From Dicyema japonicum (taxonomy: Eukaryota > Animalia > Dicyemida), in NCBI GenBank assembly GCA_011109175.1, contig RDEW01000002.1, forward strand, positions 872,676 through 905,675: a stretch of 33,000 nt of DNA, read 5' to 3'. Under the pieces are notes generated by a model. That model made no database searches and was not told the DNA's origin. It worked only from the letters and a program-made list of their open reading frames with translations. The translations under genes and the position numbers were made by a program. The first letter of the stretch is position 1. Each line of letters opens with the position of its first letter. Shown here piece by piece: positions 1 to 10,399 of this stretch.

Positions 1-810
1 GGAGGAAACTCTTTTGGCTTCCCATGGAAGTGTGTTAATTTTCATGTTGTGGAAGTTGTTTCGATTGATCGAGAGGTTATATAACTGAGTTAGAGCTATG
101 AGGGCACAATTTCTTCACGACAGTTGCTAGAATTCCATCTGGTCTAGTGAAGTAAATTTTTTCTGTGTTTTAATGGCATTTTAATCTTGTGGGTGAGAAA
201 GTGATTAGGTTGAGACATCATCTTGGTTTCAGGCAAGACGGTCGAATGAGTTAGTAGAGGACTGGGATGTCCTTTTGTGGATGTATTGTTTAATGGCCAC
301 ATATGGTTTTACTAAAAGGTTTCACTGCATTATCAAGTGATTTGTAACTTTCTGCGCCTAAGACCGTGGGGATGCTAAAGTTAAGTCTGGTGAGGTAACA
401 TTGTCATTAGCTCTGCAAGGTGTTCTTGTATTTCTTCGGTAGTCAGTAATGATCATAGGTTTTCCTGTGATCAGAGTATAGACAGGTGCCGTAGTTTTTT
501 TAAACCAGGTCGATGGACTCCATTCGTCATTATTAAAATTCCAAGGTATTCTAATGGGGATGAGAACTCGTGATGGCAAGGGGTCGTCATGTGAAAAATT
601 AAGAGTCAATTACTTTTCCTTCCACTCCGTTGACATTCAGTTAAATAATAGAGATAGATTTTGATAGTCGGATTTGGTTTGACGTCACAAGACATGATCA
701 GTAAGGTTTTCACCAGGTTAGGTCAATAGCAGCAACAAAAGAGTATTACTGTGAAGTTAAGTCCACTGTTGACTTTAGCAGAAACAGTGAACCACATGAC
801 CCCCGCTAAA
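1..810 (-). mobile_element. Degenerate Vingi/Ingi-like non-LTR retrotransposon, 5' part (decayed 2A, APE endonuclease, start of RT); runs off the window
   Basis: Minus-strand translation gives LLIMSCDVKPNPT (2A-like, 666-704), SII*LNVNG (APE N-terminus), TSPDLTLASP (APE C-terminal motif) and PDGILATVVKKL (pre-RT GPDG motif), with stops and frameshifts. The 5' boundary is approximate. Confidence 0.7.
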
Positions 811-829
811 TTCCAATTAGTAAATTATT

Positions 830-935
830 GTGAGTAAATAATGAGAAATTATAATTCATTAATTATTTATAAAATTATATTAAATATTTATTTATTTGAT
901 TAAATTAATAAATTATTTTCAAAATAAAGTATAAT
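830..935. promoter_or_regulatory. Extremely AT-rich intergenic tract, putative bidirectional promoter
   Basis: Near-pure A/T tract between the divergent retroelement 5' end and the Bcl-2-like ATG. Similar tracts precede other genes (~8990-9070, ~12500-12650, ~20750-20830, ~25990-26190, ~31450-31670). Function is inferred from position only. Confidence 0.4.
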
Positions 936-954
936 TCTTTTGTGGTCACTACTT

Positions 955-1417
955 ATGTTACAATTAACCACTTTTGATGTGTTCCAAGCAATTTGTTCTA
1001 CAAATCCAAACACCTGCCAACTCAAACCCCTTATAATAAAGATTGAGGAAATGATAAAAGAACGTTTACCTTATCTTTCCCTGGTAAACCGTTGGTGTAG
1101 ACTCTCTGGGTGTTCCATTCCATAAAAAATTGGAATTGATACTCGAAAATGTTGAGTCTGAGCATTTAAATTCAGTCAATGGTCGTCTGCTTATGCTTAT
1201 GGTGTTCAGTCGGTCACTGGCTAGTGCTCATCCTAATAATGTAAATGATATTGTGAATGTGTTTGCATCTCATTTTGATTGCAATGAGGAATATGTTAAT
1301 AATGTTGAGTCAAAGGGGGGTTGGCTTAGATTTCTAAAAGGTGCAGGACTTTGTACTGAAAATGAATCAATGTTCTCATATTATATGAGGTGGCTTGGGT
1401 CTGTATTTAGAATTTAA
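955..1417 (+). CDS. Intronless Bcl-2 family protein (~153 aa if one extra base at ~1085-1088 is removed)
   Basis: ORF 1130-1417 has BH1-like NSVNGRLLMLMVF and BH2-like SKGGWLRFL at Bcl-2 spacing, then a hydrophobic/aromatic tail. The upstream ORF from ATG 955 joins it by a 1-nt frameshift (GTA AAC C vs GTA ACC). Confidence 0.7.
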
Positions 1418-1462
1418 TTTATTTTAATAAATTTTTATTATATTTTGATTTTGTTAAGGATT

Positions 1463-1875
1463 TTATTAAGTTTGCTATTTTTAATTAAGTGTCTTTGTGA
1501 CGTCATAGATTGCGGTTTTACCGTAACTGCGGTTTTATCGACTATTTTTTGATGTACATAGCTTATTAATTTAAACTTATTTAAAAGGAAACATCAACCC
1601 AGGGTCATACAGTAGCCGCCCTGAGTGGGTGTTGCAACAACCAAATTAATAATAATAAAGCCTTTTCACGAGAGCCATATTATTTATAGCTCCGCATAGG
1701 CAAGACACACACTTTATTTTAGTAAAGAACAGTTAATTTTAACTAATCGGTTTATTATCATTATTAAATTTGCTATTTTTAAGTAAGTGTCTTTGTGACG
1801 TCATAGATTGCGGTTTTGCCGTAACTGCGGTTTTATCGAGTATTCTTTGATGTACATAGCTTATTAAATTTTAAC
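1463..1875. repeat. ~113-bp direct repeat (1463-1576 and 1761-1875) flanking a ~185-bp insert
   Basis: TTATTAA..TTTGCTATTTTTAA.TAAGTGTCTTTGTGACGTCATAGATTGCGG...GATGTACATAGCTTATTAA occurs twice with a few substitutions. Confidence 0.9.
1645..1745 (-). mobile_element. Short 3'-end fragment of an RTE-like retrotransposon with (TTA)n tail
   Basis: TTCACGAGAGCCATA..TATTTATAGC.CCGCAT matches the 3' UTR of the RTE copies at 6150-6191 and 4359-4401, followed by a simple-repeat tail. Confidence 0.7.
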
Positions 1876-3393
1876 GCTTACTAGCACAAATAAGTAGATC
1901 CGAATATCGTGAGAACACCAAATGAGCACTTTTTCAATTCATTTTGGAAGGTGATTGCTTGATATGATGCCAAAAGTCTCACTCCATTGAGGTTGAAAAA
2001 GACGTTTTCTATCCGTTTTTGAAGAGCACTATTTTGAAAACGTTTTTATTGGAGATGTAAGTAATCATTTGCGATAATTCAGAGACCCACATAAAAAACT
2101 CAAGACCCTTGCCTTAGACGACCCAGGAATTCCAGGTTCGAAGACACAAGGGAACCGGATGTTGCACCCCCGATTTTTATCTTACTATATAGTCGACAAG
2201 ATTGTTATCACATAGTTTGTTGAGAAGGTGAACTTATCAACCTGACAGTATCAACGACTCGGGTTCTGACGACATTACTAAGAACCTCGAAAATACAGGA
2301 AAAAGTTGAGAATTTATTGGTGGCTAATTAAGGCATATTCAGTTCCCAGGTTGGACGTGAAAACCTAATTAATCCAAGCATCACGTCCCTTTACACCGGC
2401 ATTGTGTGAACCCTCCACTGTAATAGGGGAGGAAAAAATATTTATAACTTCTGTGACAATCGCAATTGACGCCTCTTAGGATTTGATGAAGGCATGAGTA
2501 TGTTTTCGTCTCAAACAAAATAGATCCACTGGATTTCTAGTGGGCCACTGGATTTCAAGAATATGGTGAATCCAATAACGCCTCTGTGAATTGAAGATGG
2601 CAAAGAGCAGAAATTCATCAATCAAGTAGGCAGCGGTAGGGGAATCAAACCCACTGCTAAAGATAACCTGTAAATTACGAGCATGAAATTACCTAGAACC
2701 ACTGCTAAATGCAACGCGAGAAAAGCACTCAGCAGATCAATCTGACCAAAAAACAGCAAGCAGAGTACGCATGAGCCGATTGAGTTTTTTGCCTATCCAC
2801 TACTAACAAGGTGAAACTAAATTCCCTCAAGAATGATGATTCGCATAACATGTCACCCAGAGGAACTCCTTCCTCCTCGCCTCTATGCTTTTGTAATCAA
2901 AAAAAACAGTATCTGCATCCTCTGATATTGGAACGACAAGCAAATCGATGTCCTCCTGTAAGAGGTCCTCTTTAATATCATTTTAACGACATTGATACAA
3001 GAAAGCGGGATAATTACTGCTATCGGTATTTATGACCACGTGACCCACTTCAAGAACGGTGAAAATTCAATGTATCCTGCAAAGTATCACAAATATAAAC
3101 ACTTGTGAGTTGCAAGCAGAAGTTAATGTTGCATACATCAGATTTTCCATTACATATGTAACGAAAATGCCATATATGCATGAATGTAGACTAATATAAT
3201 CAGATTTGAAAACTTTGATTAATTACATCATCAATCAGAGCGGATAGAACATCAACTCAGAAGATTCTTATAGCCCACTAAAACACCCACGTTTAATACC
3301 ATTAATTATTTAAATATTTAAATATTTTTTATCAAAAACAACTAACAATTTTTATTAATGGTTTTATTAATGAAAATGGTCAATAATGGAAGT

Positions 3394-4408
3394 TGGATGA
3401 ATCGTCGGTTAGGATAATCAGACTACTACTTGCGAATACAAGACTATCTGTGAGGACAGAAGGAGCAACTTCCCGCAGTTTCAAAACAACGATTGGGACA
3501 CCCCGGGGTGATTCCCTCTCCCCTTTACTATTCACCATATACCTTGAATCTGCACTCCGCGACCTCCGTAAATGCTATATAGGAGACATAGAAGAGACAT
3601 CTTATGCGGATGATGTGGATTTTGTATCACGGGATGTGACCGCACTCCAACACTTGCTAGAAAATGCACCTGCGTAGCTTGAGAAATGGTTTCTCAGCGT
3701 AAATGTTAACAAAACTGAAATTACGGAAATCGAAAGAGAATACGATACTACTCATGACAGATGGAGACGTACTAATAAGCTCGGCTCTCTACTAGGAGAC
3801 GCTGAAGATGTACTAAGGAGGAAAACACTGGCAAATGCGGCAATGACTAAACTAAAGAAAGGATGGCTAAGGGCCAAAGGACTTGGAATTGACATCAGAT
3901 GCAGGCTTTACAACGCGTTTGTGAAACCGATCCTACTGTACAACGCTGGGACATGGGAAAGTTCCTTCAACGAACTATTGAAACTGGATTCGTTCCATAG
4001 AAGGCAACTAAGAAGCTTACTCGGAATGGAGTGGCCACGTAGAATATCAACCACTGGTATCTACAACAAGTGTATGTGTTCTTACATCAGCAAGGATGTG
4101 ATAGATGCCCGGTGGAGGCTATTTGGGCATGTACTAAGAATGAACCCGGACGCACCCGCTAACAAAGCGATGGAAGATTACTTTGACAGATGCGAAAAAC
4201 CCTTCCGCGGACGACCTAGATCGACACTTCCGACTGCCTAAACAAAGACTTAAATCGTGTGAGAAAAAATCTAAAGACGGGGACGACCTGGACGAATTGA
4301 GATCACTCGCATTCGACAGAGGAAAAGACTAACTATAAATATTGTTTCTTTGAGTGTTGCACATGCGGTGCTATAATCATTATAGCTTTCGATGAAAGTG
4401 CTAATAAT
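3394..4408 (+). mobile_element. 5'-truncated RTE-clade non-LTR retrotransposon (RT C-terminal half)
   Basis: PRGDSLSPLLF, YADD and YNAFVKPILLYNAGTW motifs in one frame broken by a single TAG (3675-3677); (TAA)n tail; 12-bp target site duplication AATAATGGAAGT at 3382-3393 and 4409-4420. Confidence 0.92.
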
Positions 4409-4911
4409 AATAATGGAAGTAGGTCTGCCCTCATCTATTTTCGCCGCACGTCTTACAGTCGCAGAAATCACTTCATTCTTCTGCGGAATATTTTTCATAA
4501 TGTAATTTTCACTAGATGATTTGGTCAGGGAGATAGAAGCGGAACCCTGTAATGTACTATTGGAAGATGGATTTTGTCAGCACAAGCAGATGTTCTCCCT
4601 TGGGTTCTTTTCTTGGATTAATTAGTTATGACTGTTTGTTCTAGGTTTACCAAAGATTGTTAGTCTGGGCTGTTACTTTCAAAGGATTGAGAGTTGTCTC
4701 AGAGAGAAACAAGAGAGAAATAAGACTTAGAGCACCTTGCTCGTCTCAGAGAGAGATAAGACTTAGAGTGACCTTGCACTTGAAGTATAAGAGGATGACG
4801 TTGTTATTAGTCTCTCGGGTTGCACATGCCTTTTCATAGCGAAAGTCCATTAAGCCATATTTTATGGTCTGGCCACTTCCCACGCACGTGTAATCCATAT
4901 TATATTCAAAT

Positions 4912-5900
4912 TTATTTATTTAACTCCAAGACCACCAAGAAAGATAGGTCATAACTAACTGATTAGGTGATCCCAGCCTCCAACAACATCCGAACTTTCT
5001 TCGCCTGGTCTTCTGATGACCCAACTGCATTCCGGAAGCGCCTTCTCTTCTTGTGCAAATGAATTCAATCGGCGTGCACTTTTTTATAACCGAACCGAAA
5101 TTCCTCTGAATGGGCCACCTTTTCCTTGAACGAGTTTCCCAGTTCCTTGCAAAAACGCAGGAAACCCTGGCCATTCTTAAACGTCGCCTCATCAGAAACG
5201 AGGCCGCAATGAGATATCAGTATGGTGCATAATTTTCCCGCCTGAGAGTTCAAGCGATCAATTCTCGAATAAAGAATGGCAAATCTCCAGACGGAGCAAA
5301 CATATTCAATAGAAGGAACAATGACTTGTTGGTAGACCTTGTTGACGCAAGCAGCATGGGGGAAGGGGCTCTTCTTTATGATCGCTTTTAAAATGTTCAT
5401 TTCGAAGACCTTTGGCAAGCACTTTCTCCGTGACTCGAGAACGTCATCAGAGAGTCAAAAACTACCCAATAATCCTCTGGGTCCTCGTAGAAGGGATAGA
5501 AGTATCTTCAAAAACAGTTCGAGTCCATCCTTAAATCTTCTATCAGTAGTGAAAATGGTGAACTGGGATTTAGATGCTGACACACATATTTGCAGATAGC
5601 CAGTCACATACCCGGTTTAGGTGTGACTGAACAATTGCTACAGCCATGTTCAAATAGGAGAACAGATAACGCAGTTGAACATTGGTCCCTGTAGCATTGC
5701 TTCAAGAGTTTCCAAATTTTTTAAATTTGGCGACCAGGCAGATTGTAGTTTTATTTGGAACAATTTTTCCGAAATTAATTGAATAATTTCCCCAAATAAT
5801 CACCCATTCCAGATATTAACAGTTACTAGAGGTGTTCTCTGGGAGATTGGAAATGCAATATCGTCCAGGATAGAGATCCACGGGGGTGGCATGGTTACGC
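4912..5900 (-). mobile_element. Degenerate CR1/L2/Jockey-type LINE fragment (RT C-terminus)
   Basis: Minus strand: DDIAF, VVFDSLMTFSSH and VYQQVIVPSIEYVCSVW (LY.S.VRP.LEY.S.VW-like); (TAAA)n-like tail near 4912-4923. Boundaries approximate. Confidence 0.7.
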
Positions 5901-6141
5901 AACCGTCTCAGAATTGCAATCGTTCGCGGCAATGATCACTATCTCTAGGTATCTGAATTTTTTGTCATTCTAAAAAGTAGATGCCCCGGTCCCTGGTGTT
6001 GAAATTGCTTTTTCATGTACGGTTGATTCTGACTTTTTCGAAGTTTGTATTCCTGCATTTTGAGTTTTTCAATTATTACTGCTTCTCCAAGTTCAAATCA
6101 CGATTTGATCGTCGAAAAGTAACTTACCTCATTTTATAAAT

Positions 6142-7947
6142 TATTATTAGCACTTTCACGAGAGCCATAATATTTATAGCCCCGCATGTGCAGCAAAAAA
6201 TATGAGAGAATTAGTTAGGTTGCTCCAAGCTCTTCTGTTCATAGCTAGTGAGTCCAGATCGTCACCAGATGCCAATGTTTTCTTCACGGCTTTCAGATCG
6301 TTTTGTAGAACGACCGGGAGGGTAGTTTTCGGTCTTCCACGAAAGCGTCTTACATTGGGGAGTAGTAATCTACCATTGCGATATTCAAGGGGATATCGGG
6401 TCCAACCTCAGGACGTATCCAAAAAGTCTCCAACGAGAGCTAATGATCTCGTGACTTAATGGTGTACAGTCACACTTATTGTACAGTCCATTCCGCAAGA
6501 TCTTGGATGGCAGGAGATTCTAGTTATGTTTCTTAGATGATTCTGTGAAACGAGTCTAGCCTCTCCAATTCCTCTTTTGAGGTGGCCAGGTCCCAGAGTT
6601 ATATAGTAGGATTGGTTTTATAAAGGTGTCGTATAACATTATCCTTTGTTTTACGTTATTCCTTTCCGTTTTAGCCATAGGTTTTTCAGCCCGTATAATG
6701 CCGCGTTTACCATGTTTTTCTCTGTATGATATCTTCACTATCTCCTAATTGGGAGCCAAGTTTCTTTGTATGTCTCCATTTCTCTTCGAGTGAGTTATTC
6801 ATTCGTCTTATTTCTGTCCGTTCTGTTTTTTTCTGTTCACGGTGAAAAACCATTTCCCAAATATATCTGGTGCTTTTTCTAGTATATGTTCCAGGAGTTT
6901 TTTGTCTTCAGAGATTAGGTCGACATCATCAGCATAAATCACTTCTTCTATTTTTTCATTGGTATAATTGTCTCAGTTCCCTCATAGCGGCCTCCAAGTA
7001 TATTGTGAATAGTAACGGAGAGAGGGAGTCTCCTTGAGGAGTGCCTGTGTTTGTTTCAAATTTTCTTGAGTAGGTTTTTCTAACTCTCACAAGGAGTTCT
7101 GTTTTAAATATAAGAATTTGTAACATTTTTAGACTCGATTCGTATAAACCTTCCAGCACTGTCATCAATTTGTTCCTGTTAACTTTTGATAGATCTATGT
7201 GGTGACATTGCAATATCTTTATGTGTTGCACATCTCATCTGTGACTCCAAACTGCATCAGCTGTTGATTTCCTTCTCTGAACCCACTTTGACTTTCGGGT
7301 AGTCGGGTCCTTTTATTCGTTCCAATACAATGTTAGCTAAGACTTTTTGTAGAGAATTTGTTTCCTTTGCGTGTCCATTTCGTGTATTCTCATTATTATT
7401 GTTTGTAGTGTTGTTATGTTTCTTATGTTTGATACCATGTTTCAATAACCATTCTGTGATCAGTTGTTGAACCTTCGTATGAGCGTGGTTATTTGTCATT
7501 GATCCGGCATATAATGTAATCAATTTGGTTGTATATAGGGACTAGTTTTCCTTCTGGGTTTCTTCGTTCGCCCATCCAAGTGGTTATGTGGCATGCACGA
7601 TGAGAGAATGCGGTGTTGCACAAGAACAGTTTGTTTGCCGTGCAGAAATGGCCAAGTATGGTCCCAGGCAAGTTTCTTTTCCCACGTCTGTGTCTTCCCA
7701 TGAAGGTATCTTCTGAGTCGATATTTTCCATGGTTTTCATCGAGATAGTAATTTTCGTATCTTGTGTACAGCCAATGGTAACGTTGTATCTTTCTAGGTC
7801 ATCACAGAGAGTATTTCTTGACTGAGGCTTAGATATTCCTCTAGCATTGAACGTATGAAGCTTTAGGGCATGCATATTCTTTTGTATCTTCTGCTTTCTA
7901 GACATTTTTCTTAACCGTTGTACAGAGAAGAAACGAGGCACGTCACC
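6142..7947 (-). mobile_element. Internally deleted RTE-clade retrotransposon (APE + RT remnants), both ends present
   Basis: APE motifs (TFNARG, NQIDYI), RT motifs (PQGDSLSPLLF, IYADDVD, YDTFIKPILLYNSGTW), 3' UTR plus (TAA)n tail, and 16-bp TSD ACCTCATTTTATAAAT at 6126-6141 and 7948-7963. Confidence 0.92.
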
Positions 7948-8251
7948 ACCTCATTTTATAAATATGGCGTTTAATTTTATTACAAGACTTACCCCCACCG
8001 ACATAATAGACACAGTGTTGCCACTCACAGCAATCGAGATCACAGTTTTTACGGACGTCATGACTTTTGGGTGTGGCCAGACGTCCAAGACACGTAGGGA
8101 AGACTAATCGATCAATTTGTCTCGAAAGTTAATGCATGAAAATTTAATTTGAAAATAAACCAGCACAAGGTGACACAATTAAATATTTATTAAATATTAA
8201 ATTTATAATGTAATTTTTTTCTAAAATATTTAATAATAAAATTTCCGATAA

Positions 8252-8987
8252 TCACAGTAATATTATTTTTGTAATAAGTACAATATTCGCATAAAATCTA
8301 TCTTCTGAATAATTCATTTCAATTCGATTATCTGTTAAATGCGTATTTTCTAAAATTGGCTTACGAACTGCTCCAAAAATAGACTTTCCACATTCTTTCG
8401 CTAAAAATTATTATAATAATTACCATTCCCAACAAAATCCCTGACTGTATCATTTCTGAAAAACTGAGCTCTAAAATCCGATATTTCCACAAAGACATCT
8501 TCCGGGAAGTAAACGAACAGTTTGTCACATTTATAGTAGTCATCGATTTCTGATGTCATGCTTACTTCCACACAAGTTTGTATTTTGTCGGCTAAATATG
8601 CATTTATAGTACTTATTGTTATCTCAAGCTGATAAATTTCAAACTTTCTTCCATCGGATCTGGCGGTGACCCCAAAATCGACTAGTCCGCTATCCATGAT
8701 GATTTGAAGGGGATTCGAATTAATATATTCTGTTTTAATTCTCACGTTTTTGAATAAATGCGATTGGAGCTGATTTTATAAATTATTTACTTTATCATCC
8801 TCCTTCCAGAAAACAGTGATATTCCCACTGATAGCCACGTGAGTTGTTTCTTGGTGATAGATGATCCAGGTTGGTGCTGGTTTAGTACGGTATTTAAATG
8901 AAAAGTAATAACGAGGAATTTGAGTATTTATAGTAATTATGTTGATAACTAAGATGAATTTTTGAAAATACAAATTATGTGTATCAT
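8252..8987 (-). CDS. LAMP-domain-like secreted/surface protein, 4 exons, 222 aa
   Basis: Removing GT-AG introns 8949-8971 (23 nt), 8770-8790 (21 nt) and 8401-8423 (23 nt) gives one open frame with a hydrophobic N-terminus. It includes YYKCDK...VEISDFRAQFFRND...FVGNAKEC, resembling the LAMP domain C-terminal Y-x-C...QAF...C pattern. Confidence 0.72.
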
Positions 8988-9074
8988 GTATGTTGAAATT
9001 GTTTATGCAAATTATTTTATTTAATTAAGATTTTTATATTTAATACTATATTATTTATTTATTTAAATAAAAAA

Positions 9075-9775
9075 CCCTTTCAATCTTTTTGGTTCTCCCC
9101 ACCGTCGGTGGTTCTTTCATCTCCTGTGTCTTCGACCTGTCTGGTGTCCCCATTTATCCAGACTTTTGATTCTTCTATGTGGAGACGTCGAAACCATTCC
9201 TGGTCCATGGAGAGGTTTTACAATTATACAACTGAATACGAATTGGATCAGGAAGAAAATCTTTGAACTCCGGGCACTTCTCCGCGAAAATGAGGCTGAC
9301 CTCGCTTTAATACAGGAGTCCAAGCTATCTCCCTCCATACAAATAAAGAGCTCACGGGCGAATGGCCTGACAAAGTATCTTATATTCACCTAAAACACCT
9401 AAGCCACTAAGCAATTGGCTACCTCACGCAAATATACAACCTGTCCATCAACTATAATATTATTCCCAAGATTTGGAAGAATTCTATCATCAGACTGATA
9501 TTGAAGGCTGGGAAACCAGAGACACAACCTGCATCCTACATGCCTATTTCTGTTACCAGCACACTGTCAAAAATTATGGAGAAACTTGTATTATCAGTCA
9601 TTATTCAGTATCTTCCACGTCCTATATTTCAACATGGTTTCCTCCGCGGTAGGTCCACCGCTACATACTTGGCAACTCTATCGCAGTTTATTGCCGACGG
9701 TTTTAACACCCATCCTCCGCCTCACAAACGCACAATCTTGGTTTCTATTGACATCAACAACTTTCGATTGGAATT
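9075..9775 (+). mobile_element. Rearranged Vingi/Ingi-like retrotransposon fragment (2A-like + APE start + RT start)
   Basis: LLCGDVETIPGP followed by IIQLNTN...LALIQESKL (APE); after a deletion, SYMPISVTSTLSKIMEK, QHGFLRGRST and LVSID (RT). Boundaries approximate. Confidence 0.8.
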
Positions 9776-10399
9776 GTAACAGGTAACTTGCTTGTTCTCT
9801 GTTTTTGATGCGCTATTTTATTTTTCTCTGGATTTTAATTTATTTTGCTCATTCACAAACCTTTCTGTGGATGGATACCGGTGTCGGAGCCTATACCTTT
9901 CCAGTGAAGTCACGGTTATATTAATGTGTTTTGTGCTTTTTTTCTTTTTTCAATTAGCATCAAGTTATCTGTTTGTTCCATATGGTTTGAACTATCAGGA
10001 TGGCATCAAAGCGGTCGTTTGCGTTTCCTTGAGGTGGGGGTTAACAATAACACCGATTCTAGAAGGCCAGACTAATTATCGAGTACCACAATGTCCCGTC
10101 TATTGTGCTTGATAACCACCGAGGTTCGGATAAAACTGTCCACATTGATATGGACCCCTGAATATCTATTACAGATTTCACCTTCAGCTTGAAAATGTAA
10201 GAACCAAATTCAATACACACAATATTTATTTCACAATATTAGAGAAAAATGACTCATTAATTATATACACTTCACTCAGCAGAGCTGGTCAAAATAGTTA
10301 TCAGATGAACAATCACTCTATTCGATTCGTACTGCCCCTACTCCTGTTACCCATACAAATGAATCTCCTTGTTTACCCCCAAAGATCATCAGATTTTTC

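Noticed and set aside
1084-1100. 17-nt GT-AG intron to join the two Bcl-2 ORFs
   Set aside because: Its removal lands in the wrong frame; a 1-nt indel explains the join.
2840-2900. HDV-like ribozyme (CCTCCTCGC)
   Set aside because: I could form only a simple hairpin, not the nested double pseudoknot, and it is not at a recognised element 5' end.
2100-3060. Possible retroelement or gene remnants
   Set aside because: No motif I can recognise with confidence in any frame.
641-3677. Ciliate-type code (TAA/TAG = Gln) suggested by in-frame stops in conserved motifs
   Set aside because: TAA ends the lectin, Bcl-2-like and retroelement ORFs; the long ORFs use CAA/CAG for Gln; stops fall at positions expecting different residues, as in ordinary decay.
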